A DNA stretch of 64,000 bases from IMG/VR virus record IMGVR_UViG_3300032334_001937, positions 32,001 to 96,000 of that record; one strand, written 5' to 3'. The stretch comes from a virus. Under the pieces are notes generated by a model. That model worked only from the letters and a program-made list of their open reading frames with translations. It had not been told where the DNA came from and searched no databases. A program made the position numbers and the translations under genes. Below are positions 18,629 through 29,500 of the stretch, piece after piece (positions within the stretch are counted from its first letter, which is position 1; each line of letters begins with the position of its first letter).

Positions 18629-21600
18629 CTAGTAGATCCTGTTAAGTGTTAACTGTGTGTCAAGTCCTTGATCAAAAGTATGATTAACTGAGCTTACAAT
18701 ATATTTTTGATTAGATATTCCATTTAGTGAGTATGTCAGGGTTACTACATCTCCCACTTGAATTAGTGGATTGCCAAATACATTTAGCGATACCGTTTTT
18801 GAAAAACCTTCAATGCCCATAGATATAACCTTGAGCATTCTTTGTCCTGCCTGCTTTGACTGAATCCATTCTGAATCTAGTTGTGCTGTTTCTAGTATGT
18901 TGGCTGGATCAATTACTACCTCTAAAATTTCTGGATCTGAAGGGGCAACAATTTCATGTGTCCAAAGATTAAGATTGATTGTAACTTGATTAAGCTCATC
19001 TGCTTCTTTTCTCAAAAAAACAAGATTAGACGAGTTATTTGCAATTGCCATCTTTGCTCTAAATCCTGTATTAATTGGTGTTGAGTATGACAGTGAGTAT
19101 TCATCAACTAGTTTCTTTTGATATTGTTTTTGATCACTTTGATCGGTTCCTGGGAAATAATACCACATATACTCAATTGGTAAAATGTCAACTGAAACTG
19201 CTGCAGGGGTTGTATATTGAACATCATAATAATTAATACCAGATATCTCTGGTGTTGTTTGCATCATGTATGTTGAGTAATCACCATACAAGTTTTGATG
19301 TTGTACAAGACCATTTAAGAATTCTCTATCTTGATAATAATAGCTTACGCTTCTTTCTTTAAGTGGTTTTTCAGTTGCATGAATTTCTCTAAGCGATGTT
19401 GTGCTTATTGGATTTGGAGAAACATCTCCAGTATACTCATACAGTGCAGGAATTGCTGTTGGAGTAGCGGTAGTCAAAAATCCAAACTTAGTACTATAAC
19501 CAATATTGTCATTAAAGTATGGTTTTTGTCTCATTCCAGTTTTCTTATTTACTTCAGTTGTTTTCCATCCAGATCCTCCTGGATTTGTAACTGTGTTATA
19601 ATCATCTGATTTAGTTTCATTCCAACCAGTAACCTCAATATTATTTATGAATACTGAAAGTATTCTTTTCTCATCTCCTGATGAACCATTTTCTCCATCC
19701 TCTCCATCTGAAAGATAATGAACAACCTTTAGGTTAAATGGGTTATCTGTTGTATAACTATATGTTGCAGGATCTGTGGTTGTATCCTTTTTAATGATTT
19801 TTGAAAAATTATTTACAACGCTATTGCAAATACCTGTTACATCTGCAAAATATTCATTTTCTGATCCATTAAAAATATGCAATAAATATCTATATTTTGG
19901 CGGGTTGTAATAGGCAACTGTCTTAGGGTCAAGTCTATTAAACCTTTGGAGCTCTACATAATATGTTCCGCCAGTGTCTGTCTCACTTGGCATATTAAAA
20001 AATAAACCAGATGCAATTTTAAAGTTGGTATCTGGCATATCAAACTTTACTGAATATGTCTGATAATATTGTTCGGTTTCATTTGTTGGATAAATAATTA
20101 CATATTGATCTGTTAATCCACTAACTTTTATCTTATCAATGCTTGGTAGTGCTGGATCTTGATCATAGTCGTCAACAATTGAGGTGTATCCAGTAGAGCT
20201 ACCAACTGTCCATCCATCTCTATCAATAAGTTTTTCTGATAAACCTTTACTGTCTAAATCAGTAATTCTTGAGTGAGCAGATGGAACTGTTCCAAACATA
20301 CCTCTTTGTACATTTGTTATGTTTCCTAATGTACGAATTAATACATCATAGTCAGAAGATATGGTTGCTTCTCCTCCAGATATATATGCTCCTTCTTGTG
20401 TACCCTCAATTTCAAACCAAGTGCTTGATGCATCAATAATGGTTCCAGATATATTGAATATTTGCGGATTAACTGCAGTAATATTTACTCTGTCTCCAAC
20501 GCTAAAATTATTTGCTGCTGTATAAACAATTGTTCCTCCATTTGAATTTACATCTGTGATTGTGGCATAAGATACCTTTAGCTCAACAGCATATTCTCTA
20601 ATAAAATTATTAATCTCTGCCTGCAACTGTAGATCATTTTTTACTGAAACCTTTTTGCTGGTGCCTGGATTTTCATCATCAATATATGGATCTGTTGATT
20701 TTGAAATTACATACTCTTTGTATAGAACTGAAACAATTTCATTCTCAATAAATGCATATCCATTTGCATCACGATTAAATGTATGAAAAATATTTTGTAG
20801 GTCGTTAACATTCATGCTAAATGAATTACTATCTTTTGCCATATCACTATACAAATAGTTAAATCCAACAGAGTCTATACTTTGTTGTTGCCATACTACG
20901 TCGTTAGACGCTGTATACAAAAATGATGATGAGTCTTTAATTGTAGGGTTTTTTACATTTTGCAAAGATGGAGATTGCTTTACCTTTGGTGACTGATACC
21001 TTAAAGAAACTTTTCCTGGCTTTGCTTTATTTGAAACTGAAAAACCATTCTTCTTAATATCATTATCATTTAATGAGAATGAGGATGTAGTTGTTGTAAG
21101 AATATCCTGTAGGCTTAAAAATTCCATTACTCCATACTCATTAATGTATGCCCCAATTTGATATGCTACAAAAATTTTGTTAAGTGTATCTAAGATTGTT
21201 GAGTCTTTTGAGTTACAGTAAAAATAAGAAATATCCATAGGTAGTGTTTTGCTATTGCAAACTTTATATAATGAATCATAGTTATAATCAGTAAACCCAA
21301 CAAGATCCAAAATGTTTGTAATAATGTCAAATACTGACTTTAAATTAGCAACATAATCTGGAGCTGGAGTAGACTGTAGATATCTAGTAATGTCTAGACA
21401 CTGAATAGATACTGTGTCTATGTCATTTTCGTCCCATGTATCAGAATAGAATACTCCGCCTGGTATATATTTGTTTGTAGAAACAGCATTAGATGGCTTA
21501 GAATATTCAAAAATATTAAATCCAACATAGAGCTTAATATTTTTTCTTAATATGTTTGCAAGAAGTGTTGATGATTGATCACTTTGACTTGAAAAAATGC

Positions 21601-23014
21601 TAACTAGCTGACCATTATTTACTAATGGTATTCCAGAAAGTGTAACGTTGCAAGAATTTGAGTTAACTGAAGATATTGGCAAAGCACTGTTTTGTGTATC
21701 TAGCATTTTTTCTATTGATAAAGATTGCACAAAATCTGAAATATCAACTTCAAGTCTTGGAGATACTTCAATAACCTGCATTCTATTAAGGTCATTGACT
21801 AAATCAAGACTGGTGTAAGAGCTAACTTCAGTTCTTGGAGTAGTAGATTTTTGTTTTACTGTTATTTTACTGAACGATGTTGCGTTACTTATTGTTCCAG
21901 TGCTAGTAAACTTTGGCAAAGTTGATGGTACCCATTTAGTTTTTGTCCACATTGTTCCTGTCCAGTACAGCGTTAAAACTCCAGTAGTAAAGCTTTCTGA
22001 GTTTACTGGGAAAGTTACATCACTATTGTTATCAACTTGGATTAACTGTCCATCCAAATAAATATTGATTATTGGGACTGAAAGTAAAGTATTAAACTTA
22101 ATAACTATTTTATTTGTTAAGATTGACTTTTCATATATACCAGAGATACTTGGAAGATATTCAAGTACAGAGTCAATTGGCTCTGAAACAAAATATTTAT
22201 ATGGAGCAATGTCTGAAGCTACAACACTTTTTAATCCTGGTACTGGGGATGAAGCAAAGAAAAAAGATGGCATATGTACAATTGGGCTAATTGGAGAATA
22301 ATTTACGCCAGAGTAGCCATTGATAATAGATGAGTTAATCTTTCTATAGTTAGCTGGTGGAGTACAGCTTGAGTTACCAGACTGAATGTATGATTCCCCT
22401 GGTCTAAAATGTGTAAAAGCACTATCTGTTGGCCACAAGCTTCCGCTTGTATGATCTGAATAAGATGTTTCAAAAATATGAGGTACAGTAAAATATACAA
22501 CAGGATTAATATCTGTTCCACTTAAAGCATTAACATTAATTGTATATGTAAAAGAAGACATGCCAGAACCTCTTGGGGTTGTGCCAATAGAGGTAATAAT
22601 TTTTGTCCAGCCCAAAGAAGTTGCTTCTTCTTGGCTTGTTCCATATTGATTTATTTCGCTTTCAGCAAAAGCTGTTACCATTACTGGGATTGCATTATTA
22701 GTTTTTACATAAGTAACTATTTTATACGCATGACCTTCATTTACAGAAACAGTATATGCCACTGATCCTTTTCCGTCAGCCATTGTAAATTTTTTAGTTG
22801 TAAAATTTTTCTTTTCTTCATCATTTGAAGCAGTAACAGTTCCAGAAGATAGCGTTGGTGTATACTCAGTTGATCCTGCAGCAACAGTAATATATGGTGG
22901 ATTAAATAAATTATGATTCCACTCAGCAGAAACTACAGGAACTAAACCAATAGAGCCTGAATCTTTAAATATATCGTTGCTTTCGCTTTGAGTTAATGTT
23001 CCCACCTTTAACAT
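18629..23014 (-). CDS. large minor tail (hub/tip) protein
   Basis: 1461 aa two genes after the TMP; C-terminal GNPLIQVGDVVTL...VSSVNH hub-like motif. Confidence 0.7.
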   Translation of the reverse strand: MLKVGTLTQSESNDIFKDSGSIGLVPVVSAEWNHNLFNPPYITVAAGSTEYTPTLSSGTVTASNDEEKKNFTTKKFTMADGKGSVAYTVSVNEGHAYKIVTYVKTNNAIPVMVTAFAESEINQYGTSQEEATSLGWTKIITSIGTTPRGSGMSSFTYTINVNALSGTDINPVVYFTVPHIFETSYSDHTSGSLWPTDSAFTHFRPGESYIQSGNSSCTPPANYRKINSSIINGYSGVNYSPISPIVHMPSFFFASSPVPGLKSVVASDIAPYKYFVSEPIDSVLEYLPSISGIYEKSILTNKIVIKFNTLLSVPIINIYLDGQLIQVDNNSDVTFPVNSESFTTGVLTLYWTGTMWTKTKWVPSTLPKFTSTGTISNATSFSKITVKQKSTTPRTEVSSYTSLDLVNDLNRMQVIEVSPRLEVDISDFVQSLSIEKMLDTQNSALPISSVNSNSCNVTLSGIPLVNNGQLVSIFSSQSDQSSTLLANILRKNIKLYVGFNIFEYSKPSNAVSTNKYIPGGVFYSDTWDENDIDTVSIQCLDITRYLQSTPAPDYVANLKSVFDIITNILDLVGFTDYNYDSLYKVCNSKTLPMDISYFYCNSKDSTILDTLNKIFVAYQIGAYINEYGVMEFLSLQDILTTTTSSFSLNDNDIKKNGFSVSNKAKPGKVSLRYQSPKVKQSPSLQNVKNPTIKDSSSFLYTASNDVVWQQQSIDSVGFNYLYSDMAKDSNSFSMNVNDLQNIFHTFNRDANGYAFIENEIVSVLYKEYVISKSTDPYIDDENPGTSKKVSVKNDLQLQAEINNFIREYAVELKVSYATITDVNSNGGTIVYTAANNFSVGDRVNITAVNPQIFNISGTIIDASSTWFEIEGTQEGAYISGGEATISSDYDVLIRTLGNITNVQRGMFGTVPSAHSRITDLDSKGLSEKLIDRDGWTVGSSTGYTSIVDDYDQDPALPSIDKIKVSGLTDQYVIIYPTNETEQYYQTYSVKFDMPDTNFKIASGLFFNMPSETDTGGTYYVELQRFNRLDPKTVAYYNPPKYRYLLHIFNGSENEYFADVTGICNSVVNNFSKIIKKDTTTDPATYSYTTDNPFNLKVVHYLSDGEDGENGSSGDEKRILSVFINNIEVTGWNETKSDDYNTVTNPGGSGWKTTEVNKKTGMRQKPYFNDNIGYSTKFGFLTTATPTAIPALYEYTGDVSPNPISTTSLREIHATEKPLKERSVSYYYQDREFLNGLVQHQNLYGDYSTYMMQTTPEISGINYYDVQYTTPAAVSVDILPIEYMWYYFPGTDQSDQKQYQKKLVDEYSLSYSTPINTGFRAKMAIANNSSNLVFLRKEADELNQVTINLNLWTHEIVAPSDPEILEVVIDPANILETAQLDSEWIQSKQAGQRMLKVISMGIEGFSKTVSLNVFGNPLIQVGDVVTLTYSLNGISNQKYIVSSVNHTFDQGLDTQLTLNRIY

Positions 23015-23520
23015 TAGATCTCCGTAAACTCAATATTTATATCTACATAATCTGATAAAGATGTTCTCTTTGATAAAGTTTTTGCAAATGTTGTGATAAA
23101 AGCACTGTATGTTCTATATCCAGTTGCATCAGTTATTGTTGCTTCTGTCTGTGCAGTCTTAAAGTTATGCCCTGATTCATTTGGGACTGAACCAGCAGCA
23201 GGATCTGAAGCAAGCTTTGACTCAACAACCTTTAAATATATCGGCACACCAGCATTGGCATTATAAAATGATTCCATCCAGGCAGCACCGTAGTTACCAT
23301 CAGCTGTTTCTGATGATCTTGTTGGCAAGAATGTCCAGGCTGTTGATATTCTATGCTTTTTAGCAATAACATATTTTCTCATAGTACCGTTAGCCATACG
23401 TGTTGTTTGCTCAATTAAATCTACATCTATTTGTATTGGTTGTCTATTATGGTCAGTAAGCTTATACCAGGTTGACCCATTAAGGGAAACCTGTATACCC
23501 GCTTGAATTTTATATGCCAT
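23014..23520 (-). CDS. distal tail protein-like
   Basis: Immediately after the TMP; RMANGTMRKYVIAKK motif. Confidence 0.6.
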   Translation of the reverse strand: MAYKIQAGIQVSLNGSTWYKLTDHNRQPIQIDVDLIEQTTRMANGTMRKYVIAKKHRISTAWTFLPTRSSETADGNYGAAWMESFYNANAGVPIYLKVVESKLASDPAAGSVPNESGHNFKTAQTEATITDATGYRTYSAFITTFAKTLSKRTSLSDYVDINIEFTEI

Positions 23521-26500
23521 TACATCATCACCTTATTTGTTTTGTTATTTTGTCTTTGTACCCTATCTAATCTTACCATAATCTCATCTGCAATTTCTTT
23601 CTTATTGAGGTCTGTTCCATTAATAATAAAGTGGTTTGTCATTCCTCCATCATTATAAGTTTTATTTTGATCTGCTGGAATAATACGTTCACCCTTGTGA
23701 ACCATTGCAAGAGTATCAGCAGGTACATAATCTGTTCCAACATCATATGAAGGAATATTAAATTTAACCATTCCACCTTTAGCAAATCCAAATTTTGATT
23801 TTGCTGCATCAATTATTTTTCCAAAATTGGGTCCAGAGTAACCTATTGTTCCTTTTGAAGTTATTTCTCCTCCGCCCTGAATAATTGTATTAAATTTTTC
23901 TGGATTAAATTCAGGATAAACAGTTTTATATTGATCTGGCAAGAAAAGCTCTGCTCTTCTATTTTTAGCCATATTTGTAGCGTTTGTATTTGGTGCTAAT
24001 GGTTCATATGTTCCAAATCCTATTGGCATAAATTTTATACCCTTTGCAAATTTAGAAAGATATGATGCTGTTGCTTTTGCTCTATTTAATGAAAGCAAGT
24101 CATTATCTACTCCACCACGTGAATCTGCATGTCCTTGAACAACTATAGACTTTATGTTATTATCAATTAATTGAGAAGCTAGTTTTTGAAGTTCTAGCCT
24201 TTGTTTTTTATTTAAATCATATGAATTAGTACTAAAGTTAGATCTTATTGGCGGAACTTTAATTTTAATTATTTCTTTATGCGCTTCTTGCCAGGCAGCT
24301 GCTGGACCCATCATTGTTCCGCCTTGATAGGTAGGTTTTACTTCACCTTGGAAATTTTTGGAATAATTAGTGACTTGTCCACCTCTTGCAAACTTAGGTT
24401 TATTAATATTTTGGAATGCATTTGGTTGATTCCATCTTGGTCCAGCTGTTCCAAAATGAGGTATATGTGGTGAAGGCAATGTTCTTTTTGCTTCAAATAC
24501 ATACTCATCTAATAACTTAGAAGCACTTGGTCCAACCCACTGTTGACTTGCTCCTTCTCCAATAAAATGACCACCTTCTGCTGGTATTTTAATTGCTAAA
24601 GGATTAATTGCTTTTAAAACAAATTCTGTATAAGCAGCAACATACTGTTCTTTAGCTGTTGCATCTTTGAAGTATCCACCAAGACCAAGGTCCATTAAGT
24701 TTTTTATTCCACGGACATCTTTGCCTAATATAACTTTTGCTATAGCACCAGCCTGTCCACCTCCTGTACCTCCTTGTGTTGCTATGACTTTAGCCCAGTC
24801 TAAATTGTCAGTAAATGATTTATGCATATCTGGTATCCAGGATTGACCTACATTTAACCCCTTATCAAATTCTTTAAATGGAGCTGCTTCTGGTGAATCA
24901 TATCTTGGTTCTGGTTTTCCAGATGCCTTAATTAAATCTACTGCATTTTCTTTCCATCTTGAGGTAAAATGTGACCAAGGAGCATCTTGGGTCATAGAGT
25001 TATATCCGAATTTATCCATCCAAGCTTTTCCATTTTGCAAAGCCTTATTTGGAACTGTTTTATGTCCTACAATATCAGCCATGTCCTTAAGGCTAAGACC
25101 TCTATAGACAACTTGATCTTCTCCCATTGGTTTTCTAGTTAATAATGAATTAATTACTCCCCAATCATCTTTTTGAGCATACATTGGTTTTTGAGTATAT
25201 AAATCAAGTGCATTAATTCCACCAGGTGGGGTGTCTGTTTTTCTTGATAATTTTAATAGCTTTAGAGCATCAGCTATTGTTGTTTTTGAATTTTCTATCA
25301 TAGATGGAGCATCTTCTGGTTTTGCCCAGGTGTGGTCCTTAAAGAATTTACCACTTTCAAGATCTTTTATTTTGGTTCTATGATCTGCTATCATTTGCTG
25401 ATATTTTTTAATTGATGAAACTGTATCTTCAGAAAGCTTTGATGTTTTAACGGCTTGTGCTTCTGCAAATGCTTTATTTTGCTGTATAACTCTTTGCATT
25501 ACATAACTATTACCCATTGATGGACGATACTGAGGAAGCTTAGGAACAAAGTTATCATCCATAGCAGCATGGACAGTAACTTTAGGAACAATGGCTGATT
25601 TTGTACCCATTCCTAATTTACCTGCAAGTCCTACAGCAGGCAATACTCCAAGCACATCTGCAGCAACGCCTAAGCCTTTATGTCCAAATATTTCAGGGCT
25701 TGTATTATTTTTTAAATTAAATGCTGATGTATAGCCAGATAGACCTTGTGCAGCTAGTAACGCAATTCTATCTTTTTCTGTTTGAGAAACTGCTGACTTA
25801 TAAGAAGAAACTCTTGGGTCAATTTTTGATGCACCCATACCCATCATTCCAGATAGGTATGAGGAAAACATATTTACTGGGTTAAATCTACTAAAGAAGT
25901 TTCCGTTTTTCTTTCCAACTGGTCCACCTGTAGCAAACTTCTTTGCATTTAGTTGATCAAAGAAACCTACGCCATATTTATCAACAGCACTTGCATTAAC
26001 AACATATTCTTTATTAGATAGCATTGCTGGAATAGAATCAGATGTTGTACTTCCTGGTCCAGAAATAAAACCGCCATCTGCTTTTTTAGTTGTATTTCTA
26101 TTGACTGGCTTTCCCTTTACACTTAATGTTTGAGGATTCCATTGCTGAATCACGCCAGCACCGTCTACAGCATACTGCTTTCCATTCCATTCAAATACAT
26201 AAACAGAGTCACCAGTACTTGTTCTTGTTACTCCACTTCGTTGCTGCAATGCCTTATCAGCTGCAGCGCCAACAGTCTTACCGTCTATAGCCCGTGTAGG
26301 TGTCATAGATCCAGCACCAGACACAACTACTACTGGAAGAGGATTACTTTTATCAAAATTAAACATTCTTGATATGCGATCAAGTGCACCCTTAATGTCT
26401 ATTGTTGGGGTTGCAACTGGAGCTGGTCCAGCAGATGCAATGATGTTATCTTTTTTATCTTTATCTGCCTGTAGTTTATCAACTTCATCTTGCTTTGCAG

Positions 26501-29500
26501 CAATTTGCTTTTCTAGAGCTGTTAGTGCATTTTGATTATTATAGTCTACTGTGTTATTAGCTTGTTGTTGTCTTAGCTGTTCTGCTAAAACATAATTTCC
26601 ATGGATCTTTGCATCTAAAATTTCTGCATCAAGGCTTGCCTGTTTTTGCAAGTAATCTTGCTGATTCTTTAACTCTGCTGTTGCATCTTGCTGAGCCTGC
26701 AATTTTTTCTGAAGAACTTTAAGCTCTGCCTTTGCAATTTCTAAAGCACTCTTGCTATTTGCCTTTTCTGCTGCCTTTAGATTAGCAACCTTTGCTGCAT
26801 AGTCTGCTCTGTCTTTTGCATTTTGTTTTTGTATGTCAGCATTTGTTTTTTCAAGGTCTTTTTTAACTGCATCTAAAATCTGCTTTTGTCTTGCTTCTTC
26901 AGTTTGACCTGGAGTCATAGGAACACTTTGTGCTGCCTTCAAGAATATCTGAGCCTCAGCAAAGCTTGCACCCAATGCTCTAAGTTTTGTTAGCTGTGCA
27001 CCAAGGGCTATGTCTGATTTATTTGCTGCAATAATTAAATACTGATATGCCTGAGCTGTTCCGCCAAGAGCCTTAGATAATGCGTTGGCCATGCGGATTG
27101 CATCTTCATAAGATGTTTTTGAATCTAGAATTCTGCTTGCAACTAATAGCGCTGCATCCGCTACTCTCTTTTGCTGCTTTGTCAAACCATCATATGCAAC
27201 ATCAAGGTTTGATAATGGTCTAGCAGCATTTCTTAATTTAGATATCCATGTACCAGTTGCAGTAGTTGAATTCTTTGTGCTTGTTGTAACAGAATCTATT
27301 GCCTTCTTTAAGTACTCAGTCTTTCCAGCATATGTAAGAAGAGTTGTAATTAAGTCTTTTACCTTTGATGGATCCATTCCATTTGCTACCTGTGCAGCAA
27401 CAAACTGTCTTACTGTTCCAACAACACTGCTCTCACTGCTCATTCCCTTTAGGCTGTCAGCTACAAGCTTTAGAGGATTATCACTCTTTAACTTATTAAT
27501 TGCATTAACACGTTTTTGAAGTTCACTTAATTCTTTATTTGTATCTTTGACTGATGTTGCAAATACGTGAATCTTTGCAGTCTGATCAAGCATTGTTCCA
27601 CCGAACATGCTAATTACATCAGCACTTGCTGTATAAGTTGCTTTTACAGTTGCTTCATGCTTTCTATGCATTTCCACTAATGATGTTATTCCAGCAGTAA
27701 CAAGTCCTATTGCAGCTCCAGCTGCAGCTCCCCATACACCAAACATTGCTCCCATAGCTGCCATATTTGCTGTTGATTGAGCTAATGCTTTTCCTGTAAA
27801 CTCTGGCAAAGCACTAAGAGCCATGCTTCCAACCATAAGTCCAGCACCAGCTGCCATGCCTCTGCCACTTAAACCAAATCTAGATTTTCCAGCATCTTTT
27901 GTTTTGTTTCCATTTTCTTTTCCAGCAGCTAATTTTTCTTGTTCAGTTAATGCAGCAACAATTGGAAGTGACATTGCATTCTCTGGCATGCTTGGTCCAA
28001 TTTGAGCTGGCCCCTGTGTTCTTGTTGCTACTCTTCTTTTCTTTAGTGCCTCTTTAGCTCCAACATCTACTGACTGTACAGCTTCTACACCAATCTTTTT
28101 ACCTGCTGCTGTTACAATCTTTTCATCAGCAATCATGCCTTCTGCAAGACCACCATCAATATACTTTCCAGTACGTTTTGATGCTTGAGAGTTTGAAGCA
28201 GTTTCTGCACCCTGTGCAACTCCCTTAGTAGCTCTTCTTCCAGTTTCTATTGCAACCTTTTCTGCAAATTTTATTAAACGATCATGTGCATTTGCAATAA
28301 TTGCTTTAGTTCTTACTTCAATTTCTTTTACACTTGCTGTAATTCCTGGCATGATGTGTGCTGCTTGAGCTCCAGTATATTCTTTTAGTGAATTTTCCTG
28401 TGCTCTTTTTCTTGCACGATTTAAAGCTATTCGTTGTGAAAGATATGACTTGCGCTCTTCTGGCATGTCTTTTGGTGGTAATGTTCCTAGCTCAGGCAAA
28501 ACATCTGGCAAAGTGTTTGGAACATTTTTCATTTGAAATTCGGGCTTAGTACCAGTTTCACTTGATTTACTTGGTCTTTCACCTTTTCTAAAAGCAAAAG
28601 GATTTAATCTTACTGCAAGAGCTTGTGCTTTTTCTCTAAAATCAATATAAGATTTTCCTAAGCTTGTTCTTGGAACAGAAGATCCAGTACCGCTTCCAAC
28701 CATTGCAACAGTTCTTATATCATCTATTGCGCTATTAATTGCTGCAGCTGCTTGTTTACCGCCAATATTAATTGTTTCAGCTTCTTTTCTCATTGCTGGA
28801 ACAACAATATTTTCAAGGTCTAAATCTGTTACTAAAGTTTTTCCTGATTTTTCTAATGCACTTATAGAAGACTCTATAAGTTTTTTGCCTGCAACTTCAA
28901 AATCTTTATGTAACGTTGGATCCTCAACACTTACTCCCATTGAGTCTGCCATTACTGCAAGAAGTGGAGATGCTGCTGCACCACCAGACTGACGAAGTGA
29001 TGCAATAACATCCTGCATGCTTGCTCCAGTTGAACTTCCTAGCTGTTGGTTAATCCAATCTTGTAAATATATGGTTGCATTTCTATATGCTTTAATCTCA
29101 ATGTCTTCAAGTGGTCCTGTTGTCCCGCCCTTTAGTTTTGTTCCACGACCTGTTGGGAATCCAGGTAGGTTATCTGCAACTAAAGAATTAATTAGATCTG
29201 GATGTTTTGAAACAACTGCTGCTGGGATGATTGCTTCACCATTAGAAATTCTTGCAATGATAGAATCTGAAGTTCCAGTTCCTGGGCCAGTCACAACTCC
29301 TGGTGTTCCAGTTGCAAACTTCTTGAGGGCTGGAGCCTTCATCATTCCAGGATTGCTCATAGCAAAAGTTTTTGCTGCAACTATTGCTCTTTCATATGCC
29401 ACTCTTAATTGATTGACTGCCCCTGCTTCTACAGTAAATTGCTGAGTAAGGGTTGCATGTGCCTGCTCAAGTGAGTGTGCTGCTGCTGCAGCATCAAGCT

